Source of the DNA: Bispira polyomma
Lineage: Eukaryota
NCBI GenBank assembly: GCA_965649765.1
Contig: OZ287748.1
Location: 32,984,001 to 33,048,000, forward strand
DNA: 64,000 nucleotides
Reading direction: 5' to 3'
The notes beneath the pieces were generated by a model. That model ran no database searches. It had not been told where the DNA came from and saw nothing but the letters and a program-made list of their open reading frames with translations. The position numbers and the translations under genes were made by a program. This document shows positions 10,120 through 23,049 of the stretch, one piece after another (positions within the stretch are counted from its first letter, which is position 1; every line of letters begins with the position of its first letter).

Positions 10120-11820
10120 TTACTCATCATCGATGGTTATGCTGATGTCATTGTCATCTAGTTTTTCGAAACTGCCGCTATTTTCACAAATATCAATAGG
10201 AGTTGTCTCATTCTTTGTATTGGCTGCATCCTGCCCAGAATTAACTTGAACATACAGTGGCTCTTGTGACTGATGTATAATGACACTGCCATCATTGCTG
10301 GATTCTGCATTAAATCCGACACTCTCTACATCTGCCACACACACCTGAGGTCTGGCTGGAGACTTGCCTTTATACCCAGTCAGATGGTTATGTCTGAACA
10401 TGTGCTTCTTGAGGTCATCATCTCTCGTAAATGTGGTATGACAGTCCAGACATTTGTATGGTCTCACACCAGTATGGCGTCTGGCATGTCTTTGAAGATT
10501 ACGTTTGGTTGCAAAAGACTGGGCACAGTATGAACAAACATACCTGCTATGCATCTCGTGGTTATGGGTTTCGTACTGTTCAAAATCTTGGAAGACCAAG
10601 AAACACCTTTGACATCGGAATGGTCCCACTGTGGGTGAATCCAACACAGCATTTTCTGCAGAGATTGAGATATCCTTATTCTCACAAGAAGGACTGGCAT
10701 GGAATCTACTAGGTATTTTGGTATCATAACCTGTAAAGCTGCTTTCATCGGCAGAAGGGCTTTCTAAAAAACTGTTCACTGGTGTAGTATACTCTTCTGG
10801 CATTTTGCCCATCCCTTCAGTGTATATCTTAATACGGCACTCTTTCTCATGATCTTTATACTCTGTGAATGTAAAGAACAAGTCGCACATCTCACACCTG
10901 CACTGGTTCACACTGCTATGCCTCTCATTCCTGTGCAGCCGAAACGTTTTAAAATCAGGATAAATCTCATCGCAGGATGTACAAGAATAACACTTGACAT
11001 GCTGATGGCTGGAGGTCATGTGATCGGATATACTTCTTTTACTTCTCAGCAGTACTGTGCACACTCCACAGCGAACGGGTCTTCCTTTCCAAATTTCCCC
11101 GTAGGTTTCAGAGCTGTGGCTCTTCAGGTGTAGTACATACGACTTCACATCGTACAGCTTCATATTACAGTAACTACAGACATTGAAATTAGCTTGGCAT
11201 TTCTCAGACAAAAGGAAATGGTTGGTGTAAGAATGATGATCGCTAAAGCAGTGTTTACATACATCGCAGACATACACCTCACTAGGTTCAATACATATGG
11301 TTCTGCTAGCAATATTGTGGGTATACTCAGATTCTTCAGTGACTTCAGTCTTTATACGAATAAAATTCTTTGTTTCTTCAACATCTTCACTTGTTTTGTC
11401 ACTATTCTTACCAAGTTGGTCATCCAATGAACTTTCAGAATCTGGCCTATCAGAGTCTAAACAAGCCTGCTTGGCATTAACAATGCTTACTGGGCAAGTA
11501 GCTTTGCGCTTGTTTGGTCGTTGTAGAACAGAAAAGTTTTCTGAGACTACGGGTGACTTTTGTGCATTTTCACTAACTTTCTGAGAACTGGGGCCATTAC
11601 TCTTGGTTGAAGACTTATATCCAGGGGTGAGCTGGTTATCCCACAGAATCTCATGTATTTTCACCACAAGCTGTTCTGTGGTATGTTTACCCAGGGTGAT
11701 GCACACTATACCATCCACCTCCACACCTTCTGCTCTGGGTACACTAGCCTTACAGAGTTCCAGGATGGATCCTTTAAGCAGTTCACAGATGACACCACTT
11801 GATACCGATGCTGAGGCCAT
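10120..11820 (-). CDS. C2H2 zinc-finger protein (about 8 fingers in clusters of 5+3), 566 aa
   Basis: Long ORF with CxxC...HxxxH/C fingers, canonical linker HTGVRPYKC, basic NLS-like NKRK; splice acceptor TTTTCCACTTTTAG 12 nt upstream of the ATG. Confidence 0.93.
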   Translation of the reverse strand: MASASVSSGVICELLKGSILELCKASVPRAEGVEVDGIVCITLGKHTTEQLVVKIHEILWDNQLTPGYKSSTKSNGPSSQKVSENAQKSPVVSENFSVLQRPNKRKATCPVSIVNAKQACLDSDRPDSESSLDDQLGKNSDKTSEDVEETKNFIRIKTEVTEESEYTHNIASRTICIEPSEVYVCDVCKHCFSDHHSYTNHFLLSEKCQANFNVCSYCNMKLYDVKSYVLHLKSHSSETYGEIWKGRPVRCGVCTVLLRSKRSISDHMTSSHQHVKCYSCTSCDEIYPDFKTFRLHRNERHSSVNQCRCEMCDLFFTFTEYKDHEKECRIKIYTEGMGKMPEEYTTPVNSFLESPSADESSFTGYDTKIPSRFHASPSCENKDISISAENAVLDSPTVGPFRCQRCFLVFQDFEQYETHNHEMHSRYVCSYCAQSFATKRNLQRHARRHTGVRPYKCLDCHTTFTRDDDLKKHMFRHNHLTGYKGKSPARPQVCVADVESVGFNAESSNDGSVIIHQSQEPLYVQVNSGQDAANTKNETTPIDICENSGSFEKLDDNDISITIDDE

Positions 11821-12934
11821 ACTGCACGGATACTAAAAGTGGAAAAGTAATGTATATTAACCATGTTTATGGCAGAATCCGTGACAAACCAAGGGATACA
11901 CTGTGTATTTTACCACAATTGGAGATGTACACAACAAAAAGTGGTAAATTGCCATGTGGGTCCCCGATCTACAATGTGATACTCCTACCATGATAGGTTA
12001 AATATTACCTGAATGTTGCTGAATTTAAAATTTAAATTTTATTTCTGTTTTAACTACATTGTATATATGTCACAGGCCAAATTAAGATCTGCCTTGGCCA
12101 AATTAAAATTTGAGATTGCAACAGCATAGCTGCCATAGTTACAGTAACAAGCCTTAATAAATCGCAAGTCAAGATGAATACAATTTTTATGTTTCTCAAT
12201 TATTTGTATAAAGTACACAATTTTGTATTAAAAAGTTAAAAGAAACAAACAATTAAAATGACAATCTACTAAATGTCACATTTATCACAATATGAAGTCT
12301 GGGGAAACTTAAATTGTTAGATTTGTCCTGTCCAGTACCATGTGATAATAAACACAGTAAATTTATTACAAGTAATGTCTGCCTGTACTCGAACACTATT
12401 AACCAAATTATAGGAAAATATGACAATCTTTTCAATGATACGGAGCAACAAATGTAAATTCTGACAACCTGTCTGGTATGGTTGCATTATAGAAACAAAA
12501 AATATATGCTGGTATATATGATCGTGAATAATGTCTCACCACGTGGTATAAGCAGTTGGTCATTCGGTTATTTTTAAGAAAATTTGATGGAAATCTACAC
12601 TATAATACTAAACTATAATAATTTCCTGCATCTTCCTTTACCAGGTGAACATTATAGAAAAAAAACCATCTTAGGAAATGTCATAATGCACACGTTTACT
12701 AGATGCTTTTAGTGCATTTTGGTAATGGTAGTGACCAGGTATGCGTTTTAGACATCAGAAAGAACTTATGACAAATTTACTTCTAGAAGTCAAGTAATGC
12801 ACCTGTTTAAACCCTATTTTCGTAGCAGCAACATAGTTCAGAGACAAGTTTTAAAACAATTGAAATTCATTATTCCATATTGCACACATCTATGTCCGTA
12901 GTCCATAATGCGTAAGAAATAAGCTGAATCTCAC

Positions 12935-13024
12935 CTTGTGTCGAGTTCAGTAGAATCTAGGATAGTAAATTCAAGAGATATAGCTTCACTCTTATATTCC
13001 CACCGCCTGTTATGGTTTTAAAAA
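12935..13024 (-). other. candidate 5' UTR exon of the zinc-finger gene (further upstream donor at 13590/13591)
   Basis: Minus-strand acceptor tttaatattacag at 13025 and donor AAG|GTGAGA at 12934; contains an in-frame stop; upstream donor CCC|GTAAGT in a GC-richer promoter-like tract (13440-13760). Confidence 0.45.
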
Positions 13025-15671
13025 CTGTAATATTAAATGGCAACAATATATCAACAGCATATAACATCCTTTTTACTTAAAGCTGTCTATATATCCTGAT
13101 GAAACCACTTAAAACAATCATGAAAGTAAATTGTTAAAACAAAACCGTCAATATTTTTTTTAACACAGTGTTAATGACTTATTTGCCATAAACTTTCCTT
13201 TCATTTGTTGTGTGTGTATATATATATATACTATTTAACTATATATACGTCCCCAAAAACACTGGTAATAAATATTAGACCTATTGTATGGTGATTCTAT
13301 TGTACACACTAAAAACATATATTATATTCACACCCACAAAAGCACAACAAACCACACATATACACTACACTATATAATATGTATAGTTGGTCTGTGTATA
13401 TCCCTCTCTATATACATTTTACATGCACAAGCCAAATCTGAATGCGGGTAAAAAATCAATAGTCTGGGCTCTGTGGGTGAGCGAGCTTTAGCACAGAGCT
13501 TCTAGACAAGCTCTCTTTGTAGCTACAGCCAGGCTGGTTTGCCCGTAGGCTCCCAGGCCTCGTATTATTGTTGGGTAATTACCTACTTACGGGCTCAAAA
13601 AACACAAACCTCTGACTGACTGGGCTTTTTTTACAACACAAGCCAGCACCAGTAACTCCCCCACACTCTCACCCTCCCCCCCTCACTTCTGTGCAATTTG
13701 TGCCCAGTGGGCTCCGTGTAATATTGTTGGTATTTCACTACTTTGTGTGTGTGTGTGTGTGGGTTATTGGGCATGGTGTTTTTTTAAACTGTTCAGCGAA
13801 AATGTTGTTTTTTATATGGCCTGAAATGTGAACAATTGAAAGATGGGGTCGGGGTTCATGTAATTGTATAGCATTTTAAAAATTTTATCAAAGATAAAAA
13901 CAGCAGTTCCAATCAAACAAAACTAAGAATTTTATTTCATTTATTTTATTATAGTGACATGTATTATTAATACTGTTGCAATAAGAAAAAAACATGTAGA
14001 AAAAATACCCAGCCCCCTATTGGGCTTATAAGGTACTTTAAAAGGTGCTAAACATGATTGGTGCAATTGGTAGTGTGCAATAAGAGGAGCCAAAAAAATA
14101 AAAAGATAATTAAATAAGCAAAAGAGAAAAATACCTGTGTTGACAAATACACACATGTAAAAACTATAATAAGATATATTAAGCACTTAACATTCAGGAA
14201 TTGGACTATATTACGTCTCAGTCAGTTTCTTTCTTTGTATCCATATTGTTTCAATATATTTGGAGAGATATTTTATATCAGATTTCATAATAACAATAAA
14301 TTTTTCATTCAAGCAATCAAAATTGATATATAAATTCCGTAGTTTTTCAAAAAAAAATCTCTCTAAGTTATATGTTGCACAGCAACAAATAAAGTGGCAT
14401 TCCTCTTCTACAGATTGATCTGAGCAATAAAAACATATTTTTTTCAAGAATACTATATGAAATTGACGTATAACGTAAGTATATAGCGAACCAATAAACA
14501 TTATACCGTATTTTGCAGCAGTAGATTCTAGCAGTTATCAGAAATATGTTGGTAAATTAGTTTGTCAAAACAAAATGTTCACATAATAATGGTTGGGAAT
14601 AATTATTCTCACTAAGATAAATTCATGAGCCTTCGATTCTCTAAACAAAATGTCAGTATTTTTTGCTTGTATTAAGTAATGTTTACATTTTAATATATTA
14701 TATAGTTGTTGTTTGTTTTTTTTTTGTTTGTTTTTTTTTTTTGTTGTTTTTTGCATAACATTCTCATTATTTATCCATTTTTCACAATTCTTACAGTATT
14801 TTTGTTTCGCATTTAAAGCCATAAAATTTGATACCAAACACTCCAACTTACGTCGCACAAAAGTATTTGTATTTAATACAATTTCCGGCGTCCGTATTTT
14901 TGACGGACATGCATGACACGGAAGCATAAGAACACTCCATAAGAAGCGAACACGTATGGCATAATGAGTTTTAGTACGTGTGTATGGAAACGGCATTTCA
15001 CAATCTATTCCAAGAGCCTGCCATTATCATTGGTCATACAACATAGTAAAAAACAGTAGCATCATAAGCAAATTGTTTCGTATTAGTATGAATTGCACTT
15101 AAAATGACAAATGTATATATTTTTATTGGGAATCAATTCTTATTGTTCAAGCTCATTAATTAAAAAAGTTTAAACTTACGTCTTAGTGAACATTTCAATA
15201 GTTCTGAAAAGGTTTCCTAGAGTAGAGGTGAACAAAACTAGTCAGCGTAACACGAGTACAAATGTAATGGAGAATGGAAAACAAACATCACACCCAAATG
15301 GTCAGAACATCTGGTTCTGTTTCAGGAACTCGACCAGCATGTTCCCACCCCCAAGGGTGACCTGGATTTTGGGTCTTCACCTGTCACTTGACAGGTTTAT
15401 TCTAGAGACTCTGAAGATCACCGTCTCCGGGCATATCAGGCATAATGTCCTAGGGCTCACTTTTAGCATTGTCATCCTTACCTTGTAAAATCATATGTTG
15501 ACTGCTCGATAGACCACAGTAAAATAGTGGCAATAATTGCATAGAAGAATCAAATCTTTTATATCAAAGATGTGGTTGTCTCCACGTTAGACAGAGGATG
15601 CAATAAAAACTGTGGTCGTTTGGAGGGCACTTATTGATCAACCTGATATTGTAACAGCCAAGTGAAGATAG

Positions 15672-15927
15672 TTGAATTTGAATTTGGATATTTAACGTCC
15701 ACTCTAGTACCTTTTAGTAGGTTACATTGGGACGGGTAGTTGGAAACGCTGGAGGAAACACTGCATACAGTCAGTCAAGGTTCTGCACTGAAACCAGCGG
15801 CCCACAGTAAGGAACTACCACCTTTCCCACATAGGTATCAACGGGATTCGAACTCACCCCGCCCAGAGGTGAGAGACCAGTGATTGTGAAGCGCAATGCT
15901 TGCTAACCACTAGGCCATCGTGGCCCC
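15672..15927 (-). mobile_element. tRNA-derived SINE, copy 2
   Basis: Same family as 4250; perfect 14-bp TSD ccaagtgaagatag (15658-15671 and 15928-15941). Confidence 0.93.
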
Positions 15928-16379
15928 CCAAGTGAAGATAGCCTGACATTGCTGCGGTAAAAGAAAGCAATGAATATGAATGTTGCCTTTGTGACATGAT
16001 GATTGCAAATAGGTCGGGATGTGTTTGGATGGTAGATGTGTGATCACAATGGTTGCATTGAGGACACTACGTCACATTTAAGGTCAAAGAGCATGTGTAT
16101 CTCAATCCTCATTTGACTGTTTGTTAAAACATTGGTTGACCATTGCGAGGTCAAAGCGACCATGGCTCGATCAAAGAGATCACAATAAGAGCACTCGTAC
16201 TACGTGAGATGTAGTGCTAAATTGCTGCCCTGCCTTGCAGAACTATGGTGACTGCTATGTCATCAGTGGGGACCCCGTGGAGATCAGGGTGGTCCAACTT
16301 ATCCACAACATTTAGATGTTATCCACCTAATTTTAGCATCGTACTGATATTAAAATTGCTAAAAGTGAAACCTAGGCTA

Positions 16380-16833
16380 TATGGTGGATGCCGTATAAAT
16401 GTGCACAAGTAAGGTTCTATCACATGACTTACAACTGTCAGTGACAGGTCAAACCTCATGTGTGAACTATCTCTGTGACAGTGGCAGACATTTGTTCCTT
16501 CTTGTTCAAAAATATAAGTCCAAAGTACACAGGTCAAAGGTTCACTTTGATAAAAGTTTTGCAAATGATACCCCTACCCTATGGAATAATTTTCCTCAAC
16601 ACAGTAGGACAGTTCTGTCCCTGTATTCCTTCCGGCGCAGTTTAAAGACCTATCTGTTCAATGATGCATTTCCTCCAAAGTTTCTTTCCTGTTCTTGGTG
16701 GACGCATTGATGAGAACTTCCTTCTGTCTATCACCAATGATTTTTGGCTCTGGCTGTGGTTTTTTGCACCTTGGAATTTGTTACAATGAAAATAAGCACT
16801 AAAAAAGTCTGACTTATTAATATTATTATTATT
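16380..16833 (+). mobile_element. 5'-truncated LINE (L2/CR1-like) 3' end
   Basis: Encodes DKSFANDTPTLWNNFPQHSRTVLSLYSFRRSLKTYLFNDAFPP, the typical ORF2 C-terminus, followed by a 3' UTR and (ATT)n tail. Confidence 0.85.
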
Positions 16834-16919
16834 GCCAAACTCCCATCCATGCGTCTATTTTAATTAGTCTCAGCGACAACCCAACGCAACATGATCAAAA
16901 TTTTTATATTTTGACACTA

Positions 16920-17880
16920 TTAACCCCTTTCGACCCAAGAGAAAACTATTGCCGGGAACTGAATGGATTTTTTTGAGGTAATAGATTACAGATAAATCGA
17001 GTCACAAAACACTGACTACTTCCGGCATGCAATAACGTCCTCATGTATAACTTTTTAGCCAAAGGGATCTGTCCTAACAATTTCCTATTGCAAGGAACTG
17101 AGGAAAATAAATAATATCTTTGGGGTGTCGACTGCTGGCTGAGAGACATAGGCTCTGGGACTAACAAAGGGTTAATTATCATAACTTTCGTTTATGTGGA
17201 CCAATTCTAACAAGTGACACATTGTATTAAATTTCTCATCAAGCTCTTTTATTTTAGCACAAAACTTTTTTTCTGTATTGGAGCCTAGTTATGTTGTGAA
17301 TCACTTTAAAATTAAATGTTCTTGTTCTCTTGTATCTGAGTTTTGCAAAAAAAAAATATGATAATATTTACACCCTTTTGCACCTTTTTTCCGCCATATT
17401 GGGCCATGGGGACAGGTTTAGTATCGCAGAAATCATACCTTACTGACACCTCCCAATCATTGGCCATATGCCTGAAATCAGCATTTTAAGTTAAATTGAA
17501 CAAAAAAACAAAAATATAAATAAACATATGGCAACTGAAATAAATATACTTTCTATCGTCTGCTACCATATGCCGTTTCTGTTGGCACCTAGGTTTTTTT
17601 TAATGGAAAATGAGTTTCAGAAAAATCAATATACGGCTTGAACATATATCAACAGTAGTAAACTGTTGGTTGATAAAAACTGTCAATAATCCTCATTCAA
17701 AGTTGGAGTAAATTAGATCGATCTATAATTGCTGATTTTTACATTAATATGTCAAAAGTTCTAGGTGTTGTACTGTCACTATACACCATTTATAATATTA
17801 AAAGTCTACAGGGGTAGGATATGGTATATATATATATACCCATATAACCCGAAGACTACCATATGTCGTCAAGGGAATTA
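16920..17880. mobile_element. possible non-autonomous DNA transposon remnant (TTAA-type ends)
   Basis: ttaacccctttcgac at left, aaagggttaa at 17166 and gtcgtcaagggaatta near 17866; ends are imperfect. Confidence 0.3.
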
Positions 17881-18087
17881 TTAAAAAAAATAGTGAAACA
17901 ATTGTTTAATTGCCACTGATGAAATAGAAGCAAAATGGTAGAGTGGATTAAGTAGTGTACGAGGGCGTTATGACGAGCCGTGACAAAACCAGAATTGCGA
18001 AGCTACCAGCCCTGCTAGACTTCCGAAGTCTTTAAGCAGCATTCTCCCTTGTTTATATAAGTCGTTTCAAGAAGTGCAGAATTTTAT

Positions 18088-18262
18088 CAGGCGCAAACGG
18101 ATATTGTTTTCATTCTGAATAGGACACTGCCATCTTAGAAAATATGAAAGGCCTTCATGGATTGGTTAGAAGCAAAAGAGACCTATCCAAACTGAGAGCT
18201 GTCAGATTTTTTTTGTTATCAGGCACAGTCTGGGGCCTGAGTATATAGAAGCCATATCAACG
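18088..18262 (+). repeat. unclassified interspersed repeat, copy 1
   Basis: tttcattctgaa...gccatctt...ccttcatggattggtt...ccaaactgag..tgtcagattt...cctgagtatat...ccatatcaac recurs at ~38150 and ~56000. Confidence 0.8.
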
Positions 18263-18443
18263 TCTTTTTTAAAAGACAACTCTTGTTGGTGACTGTTGAT
18301 GTCTAAAAAGCCATAGTGTTGTCGTGAATACCAAATACAAAGACTGAACAATGACGTTGAGCACCGCTCGTGTATCTGTGAATGGAACCATAAAAAAGTG
18401 ATTGCTGAGTAATTTATGTGTACCTTATCAGACACAAAATCTG

Positions 18444-18517
18444 GGTACTTAATCTAGCACAAAAGTATATTGATTTAAGCCAAAGAGCTGGCCAAGTCCC
18501 TTCGTGAATACGACCCC
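18444..18517. mobile_element. partial copy of palindromic Harbinger-like MITE
   Basis: aatctagcacaaaagtatattgatttaagcc...gtgaatacgacccc matches the right part of 59829-59936. Confidence 0.7.
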
Positions 18518-18923
18518 CAGTAAACAAAGAATTAGCAATTGGGTGGTTTTTGTGTGGCGTTACCTATTTGACGCTGAAAGTATTACATAATCCAATGATA
18601 CAAAATGCCAAAATATCATTACTGAATGTCACAAGTAATGATTCAGACGAGCGTAAACAAGCCAAAGGTAAATAGCGTAGTGAAAAGGACACTCACATTA
18701 TTTCACATTATTAAGAGGGCTGCATATTCTTTTCTCCGATATATGTGTATACACTTTCTGATTATTTTGTACTGGGGCGTTTTCTTCAAATAGCACAGCC
18801 GGGGATTCACCCAGGTATAAAGTTCATGTTCATGTATGTTGCTTTGAGATGTGTTTACTAGTTAACCAGTCAACCTATGAGGGTGAATAAGAAAACAAAA
18901 TAATAAAAAGAAACTGTACAGCC

Positions 18924-20777
18924 ATGTTGTCTGTCAATTATACACAGTTCTTTCTATGGATACAGCTATTCTATATTTTACAGTTGTCAAGTGCAAGTTG
19001 GATCTGTCCAGGAGAGTGTGTATGTACACAGGATAGCATAGAATGCATTGAGACACAGTTGGAGGAAATCCCAGCTGGACTACCTCTAAATATATCCACC
19101 CTATCCATGTATGGGACTAACCTCAAGTATCCAGACAGCCTACAGCATCTCGCCAGACTCAGACAACTCAGATATCTGGATCTAAGTTTCTGTAGCCTTG
19201 ACAACCTACCCACTGGGGTGTTTAAAGGATTGCATCACCTTCAGGAGCTCTATCTTTCTGGAAATGAGTTTGAAGCCCTGGATAGCCACGTGTTTGAAGG
19301 ACTGGAACTGAAAAAGTTGATTCTTAACAATAACACTGCTTTAACAACACTACGGAGTGCGGTATTCCTGAACAGCAGCATAATTAATATAGAAATTAAT
19401 GCTTGTATGTTAGAATTTTTGGATATTTCAGTGTTTACGCCATTGAAAGGTTGTTTAGGCAAGATATCTGTGTCGTATAACCAAGTACCCCTAAGGTTGG
19501 ACGACACAGTTTTGTATGGATTCACACTGGAGGAAGCCTACTTTGCTGACAGCGGAGTTGTAGCAGGTAATTTCTTCAGTGACAGTTCTGTGCATCTTCT
19601 GGATATGAGTAAAAATAATATAGGGAATGGAATATGGGTGATGCTTGAACAGGTAGAAGTGACAGAGTTATATATTATACAAATTAACTGTTCAATATTA
19701 AATATATCTTCAGGGCGTAAAGCATTGACAACATTAGCCATGTCTTACAATTCCTTAACTGAGATCAATGTAACATCTTTCCAAAATGCTCCTCGGCTAC
19801 ACATACTCTACTTAAACAATTGCAATATAACAGATCTATCACATGACTTCGGAGTACACATACCTAATCTCCAACAACTGGATTTATCACATAACAAGTT
19901 GACATATTTAGATGCATCCTGGTTTTTTGGATCCAGTATAGATACTCTGGATTTATCTCACAATTTTATTCAGACTATCACAAAAGCAGTTGTAGACTGT
20001 CTACCCAACCTAAAAGCGTTAAACTTGGAACACAATCACTTCCACTGTGACTGTGAAGCCACCTGGTTTGTTAACTGGTTACATGACCCGGAAAGTACCG
20101 GAAAGACTATTAGGTCAGGTGACTGCACTGCTCCAGAAGTTTATAGAGGTAAACCAGTCAAAACCCTGAAAACCACGGGGCTACCTTGTATAAAACCTCA
20201 GATCACCTTTATCACATCTCAAGATATTGTTGAAGCAAAACCTCTTCAGCTATATTGCAAGGCAACTGGGGATCCCTCTCCCTTTTTGGAAATTAAAAAT
20301 CCTTGGAACACTACCATCCATGACAATGCAGGGAACCGCAGAAACACTGATACTGTTAAGCTAGTTCACACAGTACCTCTATATAATTGCTTGCTACAAG
20401 GTAGATACACTTGCACCGCAAGTAATAGAGCTGGAAATACTACGCAATCTGTGCATGTTTTTAGTTCAGTTTGTGAAGAACAGAGTATGGACAGCCCGGA
20501 CGAATATAGTTTTGTTGCAGTTTTGACAGTGTTTCTAGAAGGAATGTGGCATAAAGTCAATGGCGCTGACGATTCTCCTACACAAGATCTCACAACCCAT
20601 GACCATGTGGATGAATGTGATAAAAATCTGAATGTTATTGTTATTGCTGTAATTGTGTTACTTCTTGCAGCAGTAGTTATTCTTTGTACATATCTTAACC
20701 ACTATGTCAGATTGTACAGAACATCTAGTCATATCCCTGGAAAAAACACCAGCACCTCGAGCGTGCTAGATCTGTGA
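18924..20777 (+). CDS. LRR-Ig type I transmembrane protein (LIG family-like), 617 aa
   Basis: Signal peptide, LRRNT (CPGECVC), a run of LxxLxLxxN repeats, LRRCT (NHFHCDCEATWF), one Ig domain (CKATGDPSP...GRYTCTASN), TM VIVIAVIVLLLAAVVILCTYL, short tail; uninterrupted CDS. Confidence 0.95.
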   Translation: MLSVNYTQFFLWIQLFYILQLSSASWICPGECVCTQDSIECIETQLEEIPAGLPLNISTLSMYGTNLKYPDSLQHLARLRQLRYLDLSFCSLDNLPTGVFKGLHHLQELYLSGNEFEALDSHVFEGLELKKLILNNNTALTTLRSAVFLNSSIINIEINACMLEFLDISVFTPLKGCLGKISVSYNQVPLRLDDTVLYGFTLEEAYFADSGVVAGNFFSDSSVHLLDMSKNNIGNGIWVMLEQVEVTELYIIQINCSILNISSGRKALTTLAMSYNSLTEINVTSFQNAPRLHILYLNNCNITDLSHDFGVHIPNLQQLDLSHNKLTYLDASWFFGSSIDTLDLSHNFIQTITKAVVDCLPNLKALNLEHNHFHCDCEATWFVNWLHDPESTGKTIRSGDCTAPEVYRGKPVKTLKTTGLPCIKPQITFITSQDIVEAKPLQLYCKATGDPSPFLEIKNPWNTTIHDNAGNRRNTDTVKLVHTVPLYNCLLQGRYTCTASNRAGNTTQSVHVFSSVCEEQSMDSPDEYSFVAVLTVFLEGMWHKVNGADDSPTQDLTTHDHVDECDKNLNVIVIAVIVLLLAAVVILCTYLNHYVRLYRTSSHIPGKNTSTSSVLDL

Positions 20778-21509
20778 AGTAAACAGGACTCTTCAGATTA
20801 GTAATTCAAAAGTGTACAAGGAATCCGTGATGTGCTGGAACAAATGTTAAAGATAAGTATTTCTGACATTTTGCCACCATATTGTCATGTGTTATTCATG
20901 CCAACACCTTAGTTAACTCAAGAGACACTTTGCCTTGGTAATAACTGTGTGTATAAACTGATACACAATTAGCTGTGTATATATAGGACATTCGCAAGAG
21001 ATCAGCTATTTAAGTGTGTAGTGTGGGAAGATGCAATTTAAAAAAATATAGAATTATAGGATATTGTAAGAGTTTCTAAAAATTAGTATTCATTAATCAG
21101 TTTCTGTCATTAGTATTATAAACTGAAGTAACCACAAGTATCTACTAAGATAGCTTAGCACACTAAGTTCCCCTTACGGGGAAGATATTGCGCATGCAAA
21201 GCAGTAGATTGGATTAGATTATGCTTTTTCCAACATGACAGTATATTGAATGTAAAAGCGGACTTCCATCTTCTGTCATTGTGGGTTCAAATCATGGTTC
21301 TGGCATGTTTATGGGAAAATTGGCAAGGAAAAGTATATAAAACACATTCGTTATATCCGTGTGGCATTCAATTTGCCCTGCATTTGCATTTGCTACTTTA
21401 ACGAAATAAGGTGTCCTATGAAAAGTCAGTGAGTACATTTTAGAGTTTGGCATGTATTCGTCATTAGGCAAACAGACATTCCTCTGGAATGTAAAAGTTT
21501 GGGTCATAA

Positions 21510-21722
21510 TAACTTCTGCCAAGGTGGTTATGTTTTTTCACCTGTGTCCACCATGGGTTGGTTTGTTTGTCAACAGGATTACACAAAAACCGAGGACATG
21601 AAATCTGGTAGAGAGATGGGGCATGACGAAGATAAAATACTTTGAATTTTGGAATAGATCTGTGTAGTAGGATGGATGCAGAAATTTGGCAGAGGTATGC
21701 ACTTTACTGAGTGCCACTTTAG
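21510..21722 (+). mobile_element. Helentron-associated (HINE/DINE-like) non-autonomous element
   Basis: Subterminal inverted repeat acttctgccaa / ttggcagaggt, internal (GTTT)n, 3' stem gcact...agtgc, TAG-TT end; relatives at 32887 and 56545. Confidence 0.7.
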
Positions 21723-22710
21723 TTTATATATACCAGTGATTAATGTCGTATATGAGAAAAATGTTGTCTTTGAGGAAAGTATTTCATGATTGTCCATGTA
21801 CAACTAATAAACACAATGGGTTCATGGACTGAATGCTTATTTGAGTATGGTGAAGGCTGTAATGGAGGAGGACATTATGTTGATGCACAAAAAAAAATTC
21901 GGGAAAAATTCAGCATTTTGGCGTCCAAATCATTGGAAATGAAAAGTTTTGTGAGCCTAGTCATCTGTCTGAAGATACAGGACACTGTACCCGATTTTAC
22001 ATGTACCTAACTTCTTATTCTTGTGTTTATATATTAGATGTAGAACTTCTATCACTGAGTAATTGAGATGCGGGGAACTTCAAAGTCTTGAATGAGGACT
22101 TTATGTTATATCGGCATGCAGCCAGCTAGCTATTAGACACTGATCTAATACATATTTATATACAAAATTGTATGTGGTATTTTAATATTATCCCTGTAAT
22201 TCTCACAATAATTGTTTTAAAATTAATATGCTATCGTAATCACATTACCGTTGATATGCATTTTAATATGCATTTTTTATCGTAAGTAATGCAAAATTTT
22301 ACTGTTTTGTAATTTTTTTTTTTTTTTGAAGGAACACAAACACATTCAGACCTTATTAGATAATTTATGTGAAGCACTGAATAAAAACTACGTCATTCTA
22401 GAAAAAAAGTGTATTTTGCTGTTCAAATATCAACAAACAATATATTGCCCAGAGGAGGTACATATGGGGTATAACATATATCTATTTCTGGAATGTTAAA
22501 AATATTCACATCTTGAGCCATAAACTAAGCACATAGCAGTTAAACACCTCGCTGTACCACAAAAGTTAAAACACACATCCAGTTGTTTTCAGCTAATTCT
22601 AAAAAAACCATAACATCGAGGAGAGACTTGTTATATATCAATATGATAAAACTGTTTTACTGGAAAAAAATATAAAAACCCATTCTTAAATCAACACATA
22701 AAAATATCTG

Positions 22711-22931
22711 GCCCCGTATTCTCCAAAAATCTCAGACTCAAACCTCAAGTCCCTATAGATCTTTTGCTAGAGTAAAGTTAAGTACAATTTTGACTGTTTA
22801 TTTGAATCCAGTTCTGTAAACTCTTTTAAAATGAATGGTCTTAAGATATTTCCATATATAGGGACTTCCACACAGCCTTTACTTGAGTTGACCCTGAGTT
22901 TGAGATCGAAATTCTTTGGAGAATAGGAGCC
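22711..22931. mobile_element. PIF/Harbinger-like MITE
   Basis: TIRs gccccgtattctccaaa / tttggagaataggagcc, 3-bp CTG on both flanks. Confidence 0.75.
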
Positions 22932-23049
22932 CTGATGTACATTTTATATATAACTGCCTAAAATTAATAAAGTCAATGGTGTATGTACAATTTTAGTTAG
23001 TAACACTATTTATATGGTAGATTTGGTCGGTGCAATCACAGGCTCTTAA

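Noticed and set aside
15190-16310. Decayed Ty3/gypsy pol remnant on the minus strand (WSIEQSTYDFT...GKDDNA resembles the RNase H end) or the 100-aa plus-strand ORF as a gene
   Set aside because: Only one weak motif among many stops; needs tblastx. The plus-strand ORF has no recognisable domain.
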